This document shows, one piece after another, positions 11,173 through 25,300 of a stretch of 64,000 nucleotides of DNA. Both the position numbers and the translations under genes were made by a program. The stretch is from Negaprion brevirostris (Eukaryota), in assembly GCA_030324005.1 (NCBI GenBank), contig JARDVH010000001.1, forward strand, positions 36,417,929 to 36,481,928, read 5' to 3'. A model generated the notes under the pieces. It saw only the letters and a list, made by a program, of their open reading frames with translations, made no database searches and was not told where the DNA came from. Each line of letters begins with the position of its first letter. Positions within the stretch are counted from its first letter, which is position 1.

Positions 11173-14100
11173 ATGCAAAATGCAGAATGTCTGTTAGGGA
11201 GCAGAAGGAAGTTTCAAGTACAATTGACTCCGTTTGTAAATAGATTCACAAACGGAGTCACTGTACGGTGATCAGGAACAAGACATCTTTCAGCCCAGGG
11301 AAGCTGACGGCAACCAGCAGCCTAACTGAGATCATGGCTGTTACATATCATTTATAAATGGTCTTTTGTTGGTGATTCGAGAAATAGGAAAATTGGCAAG
11401 GGTATTGACAAGTGAGTAAGGGGAAATACGAGGCTGAAATTCTGTCAACAGCAATCATTTGTATTTACGTTGTGCTTTGAGCTAAGCAAAATGTCCCAAG
11501 GCACTTTACAGGAGTATTTTAAGACAAAATTCAACACTGAGCCAAGTAAGGAGATACCAGAACCGGTTCTTGGTCAGGAAGACAGCCCACTTTAAAGAAG
11601 ATAGAATGGGCGGTTGGGGGAGATGGAGGAATGGAATGCATTAGAGATGGAGTTTCAGAACTTGTCTTCTCAAGGCCAGTGTGAGTCTCCGTTCTCACAA
11701 GCCTGCTTCAGGTTCCTTAACAAACATGACAGCAAAAGGGATTTTGTGGTCTTGAGCTCCACATGTTTCACCCGGTTTACTTTAAAATGGATGAGACCTC
11801 TGAATTTGAACCACTTTGTTTACCCAGTACTGCAGGCTTTACTAATGAAAAGTGATTGTTTCACTGAGCAGTTGGATGTTTCCAGTTGAGTACAATATGA
11901 ACGAATTGAGAAAGGTGGATTCATGCTAAGTAATGTTGTACAATTTGCTGCGCTAAATGTTTTCAATTGTGCCTGACAAGACCAAATTTTTTTAAATTTC
12001 AGAATTAATGAAGTCTTCCATTGCATTGAGCAGTGAAGTTTTCATAGTGACTCTTCAGATTATTCGCATTAGTCACATTTACTCGTTCACATTACTGACA
12101 AAACTTGAAACAAACAAGCCCATCTTGGAGCTGACAGCAGCCCATTTGCACTTCATTAAAACGTATTAAGCTTGGCGTCATTTCATTGATAGGAGCATAG
12201 TATTTCCTCCTCTTAATATTAAATTGACTCCTAATGAATATTTGCTAACCAGTATTCCCCTGGTCAATATGTTATTATACTTGCCAAACATGAATTGCTA
12301 ATGCTAAAATAGCTTTACACATAAGATAGCAGTCGCTGTGACATTTCTATACAAACAAAGATCAAAAACATATACGTAATTGTCTGCCAATATCTTCAAT
12401 GTCATTTACTGGACTCGTGCCTGAGCCCTTATGTGTTTAATACATGTCATAGCACATTGACATTCTGTACCAGATTCACCATTTCCCACAAAATTGTTTC
12501 AGGATGAACTTTAGGAAAACTCAACAATAAATTGAGTTTTTAATACACCAAAATAAAGAATTGCATTTATATAGCACCTTTCACAATCTCATGATATTAC
12601 AAAACACTTCACAGCCAATGAAGTACTTCTGAAGTGTAGTCATTATTGTACTATTTGAAACCTAATTAAGTTGCAGCACAAGGTGAAGCTCTGACCTTCT
12701 TTAGAATTGATGTGTAAATCTTAAGGGATGCCAGGAGTTGCAGTTTGGGCATAGTGCTAAACACATTCACTAACCTCAATCTTTCTTGACATATTGAGGA
12801 CTAGAGCTACCATAGTCAATAATAGTAATGTGTCTAAACATTAAGAATGGATATTATCGCCAACGCTTAAAAGTACTGTGTGCTCATTTATGTGCTTTTC
12901 CTAGGCTATTACAAGTATTGAGGCTGAAAAGCTAAATTAGCTGGAAACTGTGGGTCAGATCCTTCTTCATGATCGTCTTTCTTCAAAACAGATGCTGACT
13001 AACCTTCTGTGCTTTTTCCAGCAATTTCTAAATGGCTTTCAAACATTTTTAAGTAAAGTATCAGACTCCCAGTGATGAAGTTAATAAAAGTCATGGAAAG
13101 AAGTGTCGTGCTAGGTTATGAGGGGTGATTTGGTGGAGAGGGGGAATGGTAAGTCAAATTCTTCTAAGTAATTAGAATAGGCACTGGCCTGCATTCTGCA
13201 CATCATTACTAGGTCCACATAACTCTCAGAAATGTATTATATGTGGTGCAGAGCAAACATCAGTACTATTCATTAGTACTATCTCAGGATCCACAAAAGG
13301 GCTCATTCCCATTGTAGATGATTGGACAATAAGGTGTTATTACACAGAATAATAAGAATTGCTTAAAAAAGCAGGCTTTTTTGGTCAAAGCTTGTCATGT
13401 TGCACTATTCAGGATAATTTGCAAGAAAACCAATGAAAATGGGATGACAATTTATACCCTATAAGAATAGAGTGTTGATTGGTCAGTAGATGTGTTGGTA
13501 GAATTAACTGCAAGTTAGCATCAACTGGTGCATTCTCCATGGCAATACCCTGACCAACCAGAGTCCACTTGCCGACCAATCAGTATTCTCTTCTCTTACA
13601 GTATAAACTGCCATTCTCTTTCAGGTGGAAATGGGACACAGCATTATTTGAAGAGAATCACTGAATTCTATTCGTGTCCTGGCCAACATTCCTCCTGCAA
13701 CTAGCACTGCAATGATAATTCAATAATTATTCATCTCCTGTGCATTACACCAGTCACGGAACTTCAAAGTGCTTTTAGATGTCTCTAAGCGATAAGGTGA
13801 CTCATAACTGCAAACCTCTTTTTTTTAGTAGCATAATCAGTCATTAAATGGTGCACAGACTGGGATTTACACGCTTATATAATCCTACTTTGATTAACCA
13901 TATCAGGCAATGATCTATTATCTCAATTCACCCAACTAAAGCTTTTCAAAGTAACTATGCATGTCACAGAATAAACTATTTCCTCTACTCCAGTTTTATA
14001 CTTGTATAAAATAACCATTAAAAATCCTTTAAAAGTGCATTCAAGCTTCTTAGTCATATATGAACAATTTTATTCCACTTTGTTCTATGATTTTGGCATT

Positions 14101-14222
14101 CCACTGATACTGTATTTTATCATGAATTATGATGATCATGGAATAAATTCCATATTCCTTGAGTCCATGGAACATCGGGGCTGTTTCTCTATTTTATGTT
14201 GTGAGCATAGTGAATAACTTAC

Positions 14223-14303
14223 CTTCTCTCTGTTGCTGGGGTATCATTGGAGGTGGTTGTGGAAAGGCTTGACTAATCTGGCCATAGGCAGCAGGATAGG
14301 CAG
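14223..14303 (-). CDS. CELF4: CELF4 coding exon (81 nt)
   Basis: Reads (P)[26 protein letters not shown], with acceptor ctctgcattacag| and donor AAG|gtaagt. Phase 1-1. Confidence 0.96.
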
Positions 14304-14974
14304 CTGTAATGCAGAGATGGTATTCTTTGTCAGTATATTGCATAGCTTCACTTTACGTTACAAATTAGTGCAAAGCTGCATTGGAAGAAATGGTCACTCA
14401 CTTTAATCATTTTATTCAAAAGTTACCATTTTACATAATCTTGCGATTTAAAAGGGAACGATAATCATCCTTGCTGATTTGTCAGATTGTTGCAGTAGGT
14501 GAAGACATAACTAGTTTTCTCCGACTTCAGTATTCACATGGAAATTTTTTGACCTCAGCCAAAATATTTGGCAGCTGACCCAGGTTGATAGTTACAAGGC
14601 AAGATCTTGATAAATCTCCAAAGCACAAACATTGCTATCGTATAATGTTCAAGCAAGTCCCTTGCTAATACAATTCCAAACCTATCTCATTAAAATTTCC
14701 TCTATATTNNNNNNNNNNGATAATGGAAATCAATTCAAAATAAATGGCAATGGGCAGTGACATTTCAATATGACAATATTGCCTCATGTGAAAAAGTTAT
14801 AATCATTAAAGGTCAGAAGGCTAACATTATGGTTGTTGTAAAACTTAATGAAAGAGTCACCCAAATATTGTACAATCAATGTCGTTACCTGTGATCCTTT
14901 ACAGTTTGTTTGGAAAAAGTCTGTCTTTCTATTCCCATTAAATATCTGTGGATAACTTTAATTTTCATTAAATA

Positions 14975-15322
14975 TACGACCATATGAATTATCAGCACGC
15001 CACAGACCATTTGGCCCTTTGAGTTTTCTCCACCATTCAGTATGATCATGGCTGATTTACTGTCATCTGAACTCCATGTTCCTTCCTACCCTTCTTTGAC
15101 TCCCTTGTCAATCAAGAATCTACTTAATTCAGCGTTAAAAATATCCAAAGACTTCTCTGCCTCCAACATTCTCTGGGAAAGAGAGGTCCACAGACTTATG
15201 ATCCTCTGAGAGAAGAAATTCTCCTAATCTCTGTCTTAAATGGGAGACCCTCTGGTTCTAGTTAGTCCCATAATGCGGAAACATTCTTTTAGAATCTATC
15301 CAGTCAAATCCCCTCATTATCT
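14975..15322 (-). mobile_element. CR1-like LINE 3' end
   Basis: Tail motif ccaccattcagtatgatcatggctgat and ctctgagagaagaaattctcc. Confidence 0.7.
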
Positions 15323-15994
15323 TAAGATAAAAGCAAAATACTGTGGATGCTGGAATCTGAAACAAAAACAGAAAATGCAAGAAAATCTCAGCAGGTCTGA
15401 CAGTGTCTCTAGGGAGGAAAGAACTCCCTGGACCTATCCATGAAATTACATTTCCTCTCCAAAGATTTCTGGTAAATTTGTAACTTGTGGAGTGAAAATT
15501 GGATCTGTTCAAAGCCAACTCTACGTTTACTTGTGCATTGGCCTCCGTGAACCATGGATGTGTAGACTACAAACCTCGGTCTGATCCCTCATGGTGAAAA
15601 TGGGTTCAGATGGCCATTTCTGGAATTGGGGTTCTAGCGCCATTTTGGCTAAACCAGAGGCTCTCCCCATCTGTGAAAATTCAGGCCACACCATCCTTCC
15701 CCAGATCTATCCTTATCTTTTCCCATGTGCGAAGTATATTGAACAGAATACCAGCCCAGTTGGTGGAAAAAGAAATTGCAATTTGGTTTCAAGAAGGAAA
15801 AGGATAGACGTTTGCCAACAAATGAGGTTTAAGGTGATTAGCAATGCAGCAAAGGAATATTATGGGTAGGTGGGCTAGATGTCCCTAAAGATCTTCCCTT
15901 GTCTGTTGAATATGTTATTGTGTTACAGATTTATTTAATTATTAATCTTTGAGTTTGCTTTTTAATTCCCTACAAAGTGATTATGCTTTTGTAA

Positions 15995-16422
15995 TGATTT
16001 GATTTGATTTGATTTATTATTGTCACATGTATTAACATACAGTTTTGTTTCTTGCATGCTGTACAGGCAAAGCATTCCATCTATAGAGAAGGAAACGAGA
16101 GAGTGCAGAATTACAGTCGTAGCTAGGGTGTAGAGAAAGATCAACTTAACGCAAGGTAAGTCCATTCAAAAGTCTGACAGCAGCAGGGAAGAAGCTGTTT
16201 TTGAGTCAGTTGGCAGGTGGAAGAGAGTATGTCTAGGGTGCATGGGGTCCTTAATTATGCTGGCTGCAGTGAGAAGTGTAGACAGATTCAATGGATGGGA
16301 GGCTGGCTTGAGTGATGGACAGGGCTTCATTCACAACCTTTTGTAGTTTCTTGCAGTCTTGCACAGAGCAGGAGCCATTCCAACCTGTGATACAATCAGA
16401 AAGAATGCTTTCTATGGTGCAG
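15995..16422 (-). mobile_element. Rex1/Babar LINE 3' fragment
   Basis: (GATTT)n tail plus attattgtcacatg. The body matches the Rex1-like ORF at 21240-21566. Confidence 0.8.
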
Positions 16423-16485
16423 CTGTCTTACCAGGCCCATTGGAAGGCAAGGTTATCCAAAACATTCTTTGCTCCTAATTGCCAA

Positions 16486-16737
16486 TGTAATAACTCAGAA
16501 AGCTCGACTGGAAAGGAATAGTATTTATTGTTAAACATAAAGTAAAGTCATGCTCTGTGGCATACATATGTAAGTCCTAATGGGACAATAGTTCTGCAAA
16601 CCCTTCCCAGCGGCTGCCTTATAAAGGGCTCAGGTGATGAGTTCCACTTGGACAGGTGTTAACAAAGAGAGCTCGTATTCAATGAGCTAAAAGGGAAATC
16701 AATTAGACATTTCCCATGGAATTAATGGGAGTTATCA
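16486..16737 (-). mobile_element. LTR-like segment (Gypsy-type)
   Basis: TG...CA ends with imperfect inverted termini (tgtaataactc / gagttatca). AATAAA and TTATAA on the minus strand. Followed by PBS-like ACA|TTGGC. Confidence 0.5.
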
Positions 16738-16739
16738 TA

Positions 16740-18209
16740 GCTCTCCTTCTGAATTACTCTCTATGATGTGCACTGGTGTTGGAATTTTGACTCTGATGGC
16801 ACCACACTGGCTCTGCTTGACCCAACATTTGCTGCTTATGTGCCCATTTCTGCTGCAGGCATCACACACAGCTTCCTGGATGTGCTTCCTCCTCACCGAC
16901 AGCACGCTTCACAAATCTTGGTTTGTTGACTGAATCCCTTATATCCCATCAGGCTCTGCATTTGCTCATCACAGCCTGCACCCTCATCCTTGGCACTGCT
17001 GCCTCTAGCAGCTTCCCTCCAAACTTGATGGACATCACCACTTTACACGTCATTATATCCTTTTCCGCGCTTTCCATGGCAAGGGCAATTTCTAGTGTCT
17101 TCTTTAGGGTTATTCTATCAATGCCAACAGTTTTTCTGTATACCATTATTATATACCCTAAATACTAGATGGTCCCTCAACATATTGGCTGGAATTCTCC
17201 AACCTTTCCCGAAGCTGAAATTCTCCAGCCCCGCTGTAATGAATGGAAATTTTGCTGAGCTCCATTCTCACTGGCAGCAGTAGGAGCATTGGTGAATTCT
17301 GGCCATCATTAATGACAGACCCAAATTCACAACATTCAGCTATTTGTCTCAATCTCTCCATGAAAGCCACGATCGCTTCCCCTAGAGCTCTTGCTGTTGA
17401 CTTGAACTTATATCTCTGCATGATTAATGATCTTACTATCTTTCTATTTCTACAAGCTCATCAAAGATTTTAGAGTCGGGGTGTCCAGAGAAGTCAAACT
17501 CCTAATTAAATTGTAGGTTTGGGCATTGTGGCTGTTAGGAGTATTACCCTCTTCTTCTGCTTCCCCTCTCCATTTTGTTTGCTTTAAAAAATATTGCTAG
17601 TGTTCAATATATTGATTTGATTTATTATTGTCACATATATTGGTATGCTGTGAAAAGTATTGTTTCTTGCGTGCTAAACAGACAAACATACTGCTCATTG
17701 AGTATGTGGGGAGAAAGAAAGGAGAGAGCACAGAATATAGTATTACAATCATAGCTAGGATGTGGAGAAGGATCAGCTCACTATAAGGTAGGTCCATTCA
17801 AAAGTCTGATGGCAGCAGGGAAGAAGCTGTTCTTCAGAATCCAAGATTCCAACTTAGGTTTAAATGATTCTAATTTTCCAAATAGAGGCATTGTTACAAC
17901 TTACTGACTCTGGAATGGACGTGGCTTGAATAATTTGCACACGAGGCCCGCTCTGTCTTTCTTCATGGCAATTTGAAGGTGTCCCTGTTAATCCTCGTTG
18001 CTAATGTGGTATCTTAAAGGATTGGCAACCACCAAGTTCAGTAACTAAACACCGAGTACAAGGAATGTGCTACTGACTACTTGAACTCCAGTCTTAGATT
18101 AACTAGGGAAGCCTATATTCAGCCCCAAGATTTGTGCTCTGCAGCCTAATTGGCTTATCAGGTCACATGACCGCCAAAACCTCACTCCTAAAAGGGGCTC
18201 AAAACTACA
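16740..18209 (-). mobile_element. Decayed Ty3/Gypsy retrotransposon (LTR 18005-18209, PBS, gag), with nested insertions
   Basis: PBS-like ACA|TTAGCAACGAGG. Gag start MPLFGKLESF. Gag-like fragments QRYKFKS..GEAIVAFMERLRQIAECCEFG and TLKKTLEIALAMESAE. Confidence 0.8.
17610..17835 (-). mobile_element. Rex1/Babar LINE 3' fragment nested in the Gypsy gag
   Basis: gatttgatttattattgtcaca tail. Near-duplicate of 15995-16200. Confidence 0.8.
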
Positions 18210-19390
18210 AAATCTAAATGGAAATTTTCAATTAGTTATCTTATGGTTCAGTGACACTCCAAATTATTTCATGAAGCACGCCTGAATCTTGGATTTGACT
18301 AAGATAAACATGAAATGGCTCACTTCAGGTAAGATTCAAATGACTCAGTAGGGAGCTTTTATCCAACAAAGTTTATTTGAGAATATAGTTAACATGTGTA
18401 GTAAGAAAATTAGCAAGATCTTTTTATCAATTACAAACATGAAACAAAACAACTACCATAATGTATAACTTTTAATGAATATCTCTAATGCATTCCAATT
18501 AAAACTAAAACCCATAGACAATTTGAAAAACCCTTTTAACAGGTTTAACACAATGCAGATTAATGTTCAATTGATGCTGGGATAATTTATTTTCCTTATG
18601 AGGCTGCAGTCGAATACTCCTGTGACTCAGAACAGTCTGAAGACAAGACAGTTTTCAATAGCACCAGAGAGGCTCAGGCCATTCCCCATTAACAAGATTT
18701 TCTACTCCAGAAAGGCTTTCAGGTAAACAGCAGAATTTCCGTAGACCAAGGAGAGAGAGAGAAGAGACACTGCTTTCACACCCTTCTAAACTAAAACTCA
18801 AACCTGCAGCTCAGAACTGAAAAAGATAAAAACCTTCTTGTCATCTGACCTGCCAAACAGTTTTTTTTCTCTCCTAACAATACAGGGTCATAAAATAAAT
18901 CCAAAGTTAAAACAAACAACCCTACTGAAGTAGCAATAAAAGAACATCTGGTAGCCAAGCCAGTAACAATGGCGTCACTGAAGCCGTGAGTTGCAGAAAT
19001 CATGTTTAAAAAAAATCTTTAATAAAGGGACACTAACGTCATAATTGTAAGAAACTAGAACACATAAACATTTTCTGAGCCAAGTATGCCACAATTATCC
19101 TGAATTAAAAATTTATGGTCTTAGGCATGGGTTTTCAGAGAAAAGAAAATGTACCCCCAAAATGTGCAGCAGTCTAATCAAAACAGGCTCTGATTAAATC
19201 ATCATCCTGATCATTGGCAGTTTTCACAACAGAGATTGTCCTCACATTCAAAGATAAAAAGTACAGAAGACGTTGCTTTAGTTTTCCTCAGGGCGCCACT
19301 TGATGCCCAACTATTTTTAGCTTCTTCATCTTGAAGCTTCTTCTTTAGCTTCTTCTTGATCTTTTCTTGATCATAAGGTGTACCATTTAT

Positions 19391-19670
19391 AAGATGCACC
19401 ATAACAACTTACCGAAGTTTTGTTGACAGCACCTTCATGACTCATGACATCTACCATCTCAAAAAAGAGCAGCTACATGGGGATACATCCATATCCAGTT
19501 CTCCTCTAATCAAACACCAAACTGACTGGGAATCGTCAATCTTTCATCATCATTGGGTTGAAATCCTGCAACCAATCTCAACCTCACCACGGATTCCAGT
19601 GGCTCAAGGATGTGCTTGATCATCACTTTCTCAAGGGTAATAAATGCTGGCATTGTAAATGACACCCACA
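19391..19670 (+). mobile_element. LINE 3' end (CR1/L2 clade), interrupted by Rex1
   Basis: aagatgcacc...gacagcaccttc...gggtaataaatgctggc...gacacccaca. Resumes at about 20174. Similar copy at 51540-52110. Confidence 0.6.
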
Positions 19671-20175
19671 TAGAAAGCATTCTTTCTGGTTATATCACAG
19701 CTTGGTATGGGCTCCTGCTCTGTCCAAGACCGCAAGAAAGTACAAAAGATCATGAGCATAGTCCAATCCATCACGCAAACCAACCTCCCATCCATTGACT
19801 CTGTCTACACTTCCTGCAATCAGCATAATTAAGGATCCTTTGCACCCTGGTCATTTTCTCTTTTACCATTTTCTGTCAGGAATAAGATGCAAAAGTCTGA
19901 GGTCACATACCAACCAACTCAAGAACAGCTTCTTCCCTATCGGACTTTTGAATGGACTTACCTTGCATTAAGTTGATCTTTCTCCACATCCTGGCTATCA
20001 CTATAACACTCCATTATGCACTCCCTCATTTCCTGCTCCATGAACAGTATGCTTTGTCTATATAGTGTGTAAGAAACAATACTTTTCACTATATACAAAT
20101 ACATGTGACAATAATAAATCAAGTCAAATTAAATCAAAAACACATTATATCAATATCGAATCAAAATCAAAATCA
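19667..20175 (+). mobile_element. Rex1/Babar LINE 3' fragment
   Basis: IESILSGYITAWYG motif and tail acatgtgacaataataaatc(aaatc)n. Confidence 0.85.
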
Positions 20176-20579
20176 CATTCCACTGACATATAAAGAAAGC
20201 ATACTTGAGACAATTATTTTCTCACCTCAAGCTTAAAATCTTTTACTTTCTACAGCGACTTTCTTTGTTTCTCTTCTCGTCCAGGGAGTTTTAATCCAAA
20301 CAAACTTTATTTAATAACGTTATTTAACTGTGACAGGTGAATTAGCTTAACCTTTAATAATTGACTGTACTTAAACATGACAAAATACAGTTTTTAATGG
20401 CTAACCTATCACTATCAGATCAAATCAAACAATATTTCTCTTACAGATATAATTCCCTCTTTAAAATTAGTGAGCAGACATACTTGCTTTGATTTAGGTT
20501 AGCAGTCTTGGAGTTTTCAGAAAACCACTGGATCGACCCTTGTAATCAAACATTGCCTCTTAAAGCAGCCCCACCTTAA

Positions 20580-21116
20580 ACAGGTGAATAAATCTCTTGG
20601 CCCCAACCAGGTATATCCAAAAACACTGTGTGAGAGAAGAAATTACGGAAGCCCTGGGTGAGATATTTGCATCATTGTTAGTTATGGATGAGGTTCCAGA
20701 AGACTAGAATGTACCAAATGCTGTGTCTTTATTTAAGAAGGACTGCAAAGAAAAACCCAGGAATTATAGATCAGTAAGCCTAACATCTGTGGTGGGTAAG
20801 TTATTAGAAAGGATTCTGAGGGATAAGATATACAGGCATTTGGAAAAGCAGGGCTTGATTAGGGGTAGTCAGCATGGCTTTGTGCATGGGAGATCATGCC
20901 CTACAAATTTATTAGGGTTATTTGATGACATGATCAGGAAGGTTGATGAGGGCAGGGCAGTAGATGTAGTCCATATGGACTTCACATCGAGTTCCACATA
21001 GTAGGCTGCTCTAGAAGGTTAGATCACATAGAATCCAGGGAGAGCTGGCAAATTGGATATACAATTGGTTTGATTGTAATCAGCAGAGGATAATGGTGGA
21101 AGGATGCTTGTCAGAC
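20580..21116 (+). mobile_element. CR1-like LINE RT fragment
   Basis: LFKKDCKEKPRNYRSVSLTSVVGKLLERIL...SQHGFVHGRSC.TNL...VDVVHMDF, the RT N-terminal motifs. Confidence 0.92.
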
Positions 21117-21216
21117 NNNNNNNNNNNNNNNNNNNNNNNNNNNNNNNNNNNNNNNNNNNNNNNNNNNNNNNNNNNNNNNNNNNNNNNNNNNNNNNNNNNN
21201 NNNNNNNNNNNNNNNN

Positions 21217-21575
21217 TTGCATGATGGATTGGGCTACATTCACAACCTTTTGTAGTTCCTTGCGGTCTTGGCAGAACAGAAGCCATACCAAGCTGTGATA
21301 CAACCAGAAAGAATGCTTTCTATGGTGCAATTGTAAAAGTTGGTGAGAGTCATAGCTGACATGCCAAATTTCCTTAGTCTTCTAAGAAAGTAAAGGCGTT
21401 GGTGGGCTTTCTTAACTATAGTGTTAACATGGGGAGACCAGGACAGGTTGTTGGTGAACTGGACACCAAAAAGCTTGAAGCTCTTGACACCTTCTACTTC
21501 GTCCCCATTAGTATAGACAGGGGCATATTCTCCTTCACGCTCCCTGAAGTCAATAACAATCTTCATTTTGTTGAC
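21217..21575 (-). mobile_element. Rex1/Babar LINE RT C-terminal fragment
   Basis: IVIDFR...SFKLFGV..TNNLSWSPH...KKAHQRLYFLRRLRKFGMS...FY.CTIESILSGCITAWYG. Confidence 0.92.
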
Positions 21576-22339
21576 ATTTTAAAATTAACACATTTCATCT
21601 ATTTCTGCTGTCTATGTTGTCACTGGTATTAGCATTCTGAAGCAGCCATCGTATAATTTTTCCAAACTGTGTCCTTTAAATTGGTGCTTGTTCAATCAGT
21701 TTATCTTGAATAAGTTTTTATTTGCCCCAGTTGATTTGTACTGTACTGAAACTGAATAAATAATGTTTAGTAATTCCTAGATTAACTTCAATATTACGCT
21801 TTGCTCCATTTTAAGTTTGAAAAAGATGCCTCCAGGGCAGTAATAAGTTGGCATTGATGTTTCCCTTTACTCTTATGCTATGAAAAATAAATCAAAGCAA
21901 TAACTTGTAGTGGAAACAGAAAAACAAAATGTTAGTTCTTCAAAGAATCTGTTTGATGCCTGTCCTTGGCATCATAGAGTGATGGGATGTTCACTTGCAA
22001 CATGATTCCCCAACGGAAAGAGACTGATTCAGAATTAAAAGGTAGGTCACCCCAGGTTAGTCTGTAGCATCCAATTGCTGAGCTGTCTGAGCGGCACGGT
22101 GAGAGCAAGGCCGAAATTTTGTGCTTAGCTGTAAATCAGATGAACACTGTGGGATCTTAGAGCCCAGCACTCTTCCCCCTTGAGGCCCTCAGCAGTACTG
22201 GATACAAGGCTGTCTAGGTGTCACCTGTGTGGTGTTGCCTCAGTACAAATAGAAGAAAATACCAATAACGTTTATCAACAGTTGTAAGTTATACTAAGTC
22301 CAAGTAAAATTAATATAAGTAAACCAAAGTAAAATAAAT

Positions 22340-25300
22340 TTAACACAGCTGAAGACATGGCAGGGAAGCTTGGTCGTATGGAATGCATGTTCTGTAATAT
22401 GTGGGAAATTGTGGATGTGATTGGTAAACTAGATGGCTATTCATGCAGGAATTGCTGCAGAATCATGAGCTCCACGTTTTGGAACTTGAGTGGAGGCTGG
22501 AGTCAGTGTGGCGCAACACGAGGTCGAGAGCTATGTGGATAGCACGTTCAGTGAGAGTGGTCACACTGCAGTTTAGGGGGAAGGAAGGGAATGGATGGCC
22601 ATTGGGCAATCCAAGAAACCAGGCAGGTAGTGCAGGGGTCGCCTGAAGTTCCGCTTGTTAAGTGGGTTTCTGTTTTGGATATTAGGGAGGGCGTGGGTTC
22701 TTGGGAAGAGTGTAGTCAGAGTCAAGCTTATGGTACCATCAGCTGTACAGGAGGGGAGGAAGAAGAGTAGTGAAAGAAGGTTAATTATTTAGAGGAACAA
22801 ACAGGCTTTCCTATGGCTGGGACACCAGGATGGTAATCTGCCTCCCAGTGACCAGGGTCAAGGATGCCACGGAGCAGTTACGGGGCATTACTTTTGGGTA
22901 GCAGGGAGGGGATCAGCCAGAGGTTATGATCCACTTTGGTACCAATAGCTTAGGTAGGAAGGGGGATGAAGTCCTGAAAACAGATTTCAGGGGTCTAGGA
23001 AGCAGATTGGAAAAAACAGAATTTCAAAGGCAAAGGGTTACTTCCAGTCCCATGTGCCAGTGAGCATAAAGGGAGGAGAATTGAACAATTGAACACATGG
23101 CTGGACAACAGATGTAGATAGGAGGGCATCAAGTTTCTGAAACATTGGGATCAGTTCAGTGCCGGTGGGACATGTACAAGATAGACGGGCTGCATCTTAG
23201 CAAGACTGTGACTAACATCCTTTCAGGGAGATAGTACTGTTAGGGAGGATTTAAACTAGATTGGCAGAGGATGGGAACGTGAGAGAGCTCAGATCTAAGG
23301 GAAACAAAACTGGTAAAAGGAAGTAGAAAANNNNNNNNNNNNNNNNNNNNNNNNNNNNNNNNNNNNNNNNNNNNNNNNNNNNNNNNNNNNNNNNNNNNNN
23401 NNNNNNNNNNNNNNNNNNNNNNNNNNNNNNNNNNNNNNNNNNNNNNNNNNNNNNNNNNNNNNNNNAGAACCCCTACAGTGCAGAAAGAGGCCATTTGGCC
23501 CATCAAGCCTGCACCAACCACAATACCACCAAGTTCCTACTCCTGCAACCCCACATATTTACCTGCTAATTCCCCTGACACTAGGGTCAATTTATCATGG
23601 CTAATCAATCTAAGTTGCACATCTTTGGACTGTGCAAGTAAACTGGAGCACCTGGAGAAAATGCATGTAGACGCAGGGAGAACGTGCGAACTCCCCACAG
23701 ACAGTGTCCCGAGGCTGGAATTGAACCTGCGATCCTGGCGCTGTGAGGCAGCAGTGCTGCCCAATATAATTTGAGTATAATATAATTTCGATATAATTTG
23801 AATGCATAAATTTTGGTAAATTGGTATGATTTAATTGCCATTACAGAGACATGGCTACCAAGTCAGGGAACAAAATATCCAAAGATATTTGGTTTTTAGG
23901 AGGTTCAGGCAAGAAGGATATAGAGTTGGGGTAGCATTCTTAATAAGAAACAAGATCAGTACATTACTGACAGAGGATCTTAAGTCAAAGGATAAAGATG
24001 TAGAATTAGTGCGGTGGAGCTAGGAAATAGCAAGGGGCAGCAAATATTGTTGGGGAGTTAATTATAGGCCACTCAATGGTAATGTTAATGGTTTAATACA
24101 GTAAGAAGGGGTAACTTCAATTTGTACATAGACCGGGTTAACCAAATCAGCACAGTTTTAAAATTAGGGGTTTCCCCCATAGGACAGAGTGGAGGAGAAT
24201 TTTTTTCTCTCAGAGGGTTGTGTAACTGTGGAACTCTTTGTCTCAGAAGCGGTAGAGATGGGTCATTGAACATTTTTAAGGCAGAGATAAATAGGTTCTT
24301 ATTAGGCAAGGGAGCAAAGGTTATCAGGGTGGATGGGAGTGCGCAATGTGAAACACTAATGCAAACAGATTGAGTGGCACTGCAGGCTCGAGTTCTACTT
24401 CTACTCCTCTTCCATATGTTCATATGTTAGATATACATTTCTTGAAGGCACAAAGGGAAAGGTAAATCTACTGTGGTCAATAAGAGAAGTTAAAGGCTGC
24501 ATTAGAACAAAGGAAGTCATTCATAATTATGCTTGAGAAAGTGAGAATTAAGAGCAGTTTAGAATCCACCAAGAAACTGATTAAGGGAAAAGATAATATT
24601 TGAATGCAAACTAGTAAGGAACACAAAGGCAAACCGTAAAAGCTTTTTCAGGTGTGTGAAAAAGGAAAAGTTAGCCAGGACAAATATAAGCCCCCTACAT
24701 GTCGGGGCAGGAGAAATAGGGAAGAGGGAGATGATGGAGAAACTAAACTGTTTTTTGCATCTGCCTTCATGGAAGAAAATAGGGAAAATCTCCCAGATAT
24801 ATTCCCAGGCAATGAAGGGACTTGTGAAACTGAGGAAGTGAAAGAAATTGAAATGAATAAAGACATAGTACTTGAAAAGTTATCTGGATTGAAGATTGCT
24901 CAACCCCCTGACCAGATGAGCTTCATCCCAAAGTGTTGAAGGAGGTGGCTGGAGAGATAGTGGGTGCATTGGTGGTTATCTTTCAAAATTCTTTTGATTC
25001 TGATTAAGTTGCTATTGACTGGAATGTTGCAAATGTAACCCCACTATTTAAAAAGGGAGGAAGATACAGAATGGAGAACAACAGGCCTGTTAGTTTGGTG
25101 TCAGTAGTAGGGAAGTATTAGAACCTATTATAAAGGATATGATAACAAGACATTCAGAAAAAAATGGTCAAATTGGGCAGATTCCACATGGATTTAAGAA
25201 AGGGAAGTCATGCTTGATAAACTTGTTGGTGCTCTTTGCAGCATTGATTAAAGGGGAACCACTGAATGGGGTGTATTTGGATTTTCAAATGGCCTTTGGT

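Noticed and set aside
19211-19402. Lysine-rich 63-aa ORF on the minus strand
   Set aside because: It starts inside a LINE fragment, is low complexity, and has no recognisable domain or convincing splice sites.
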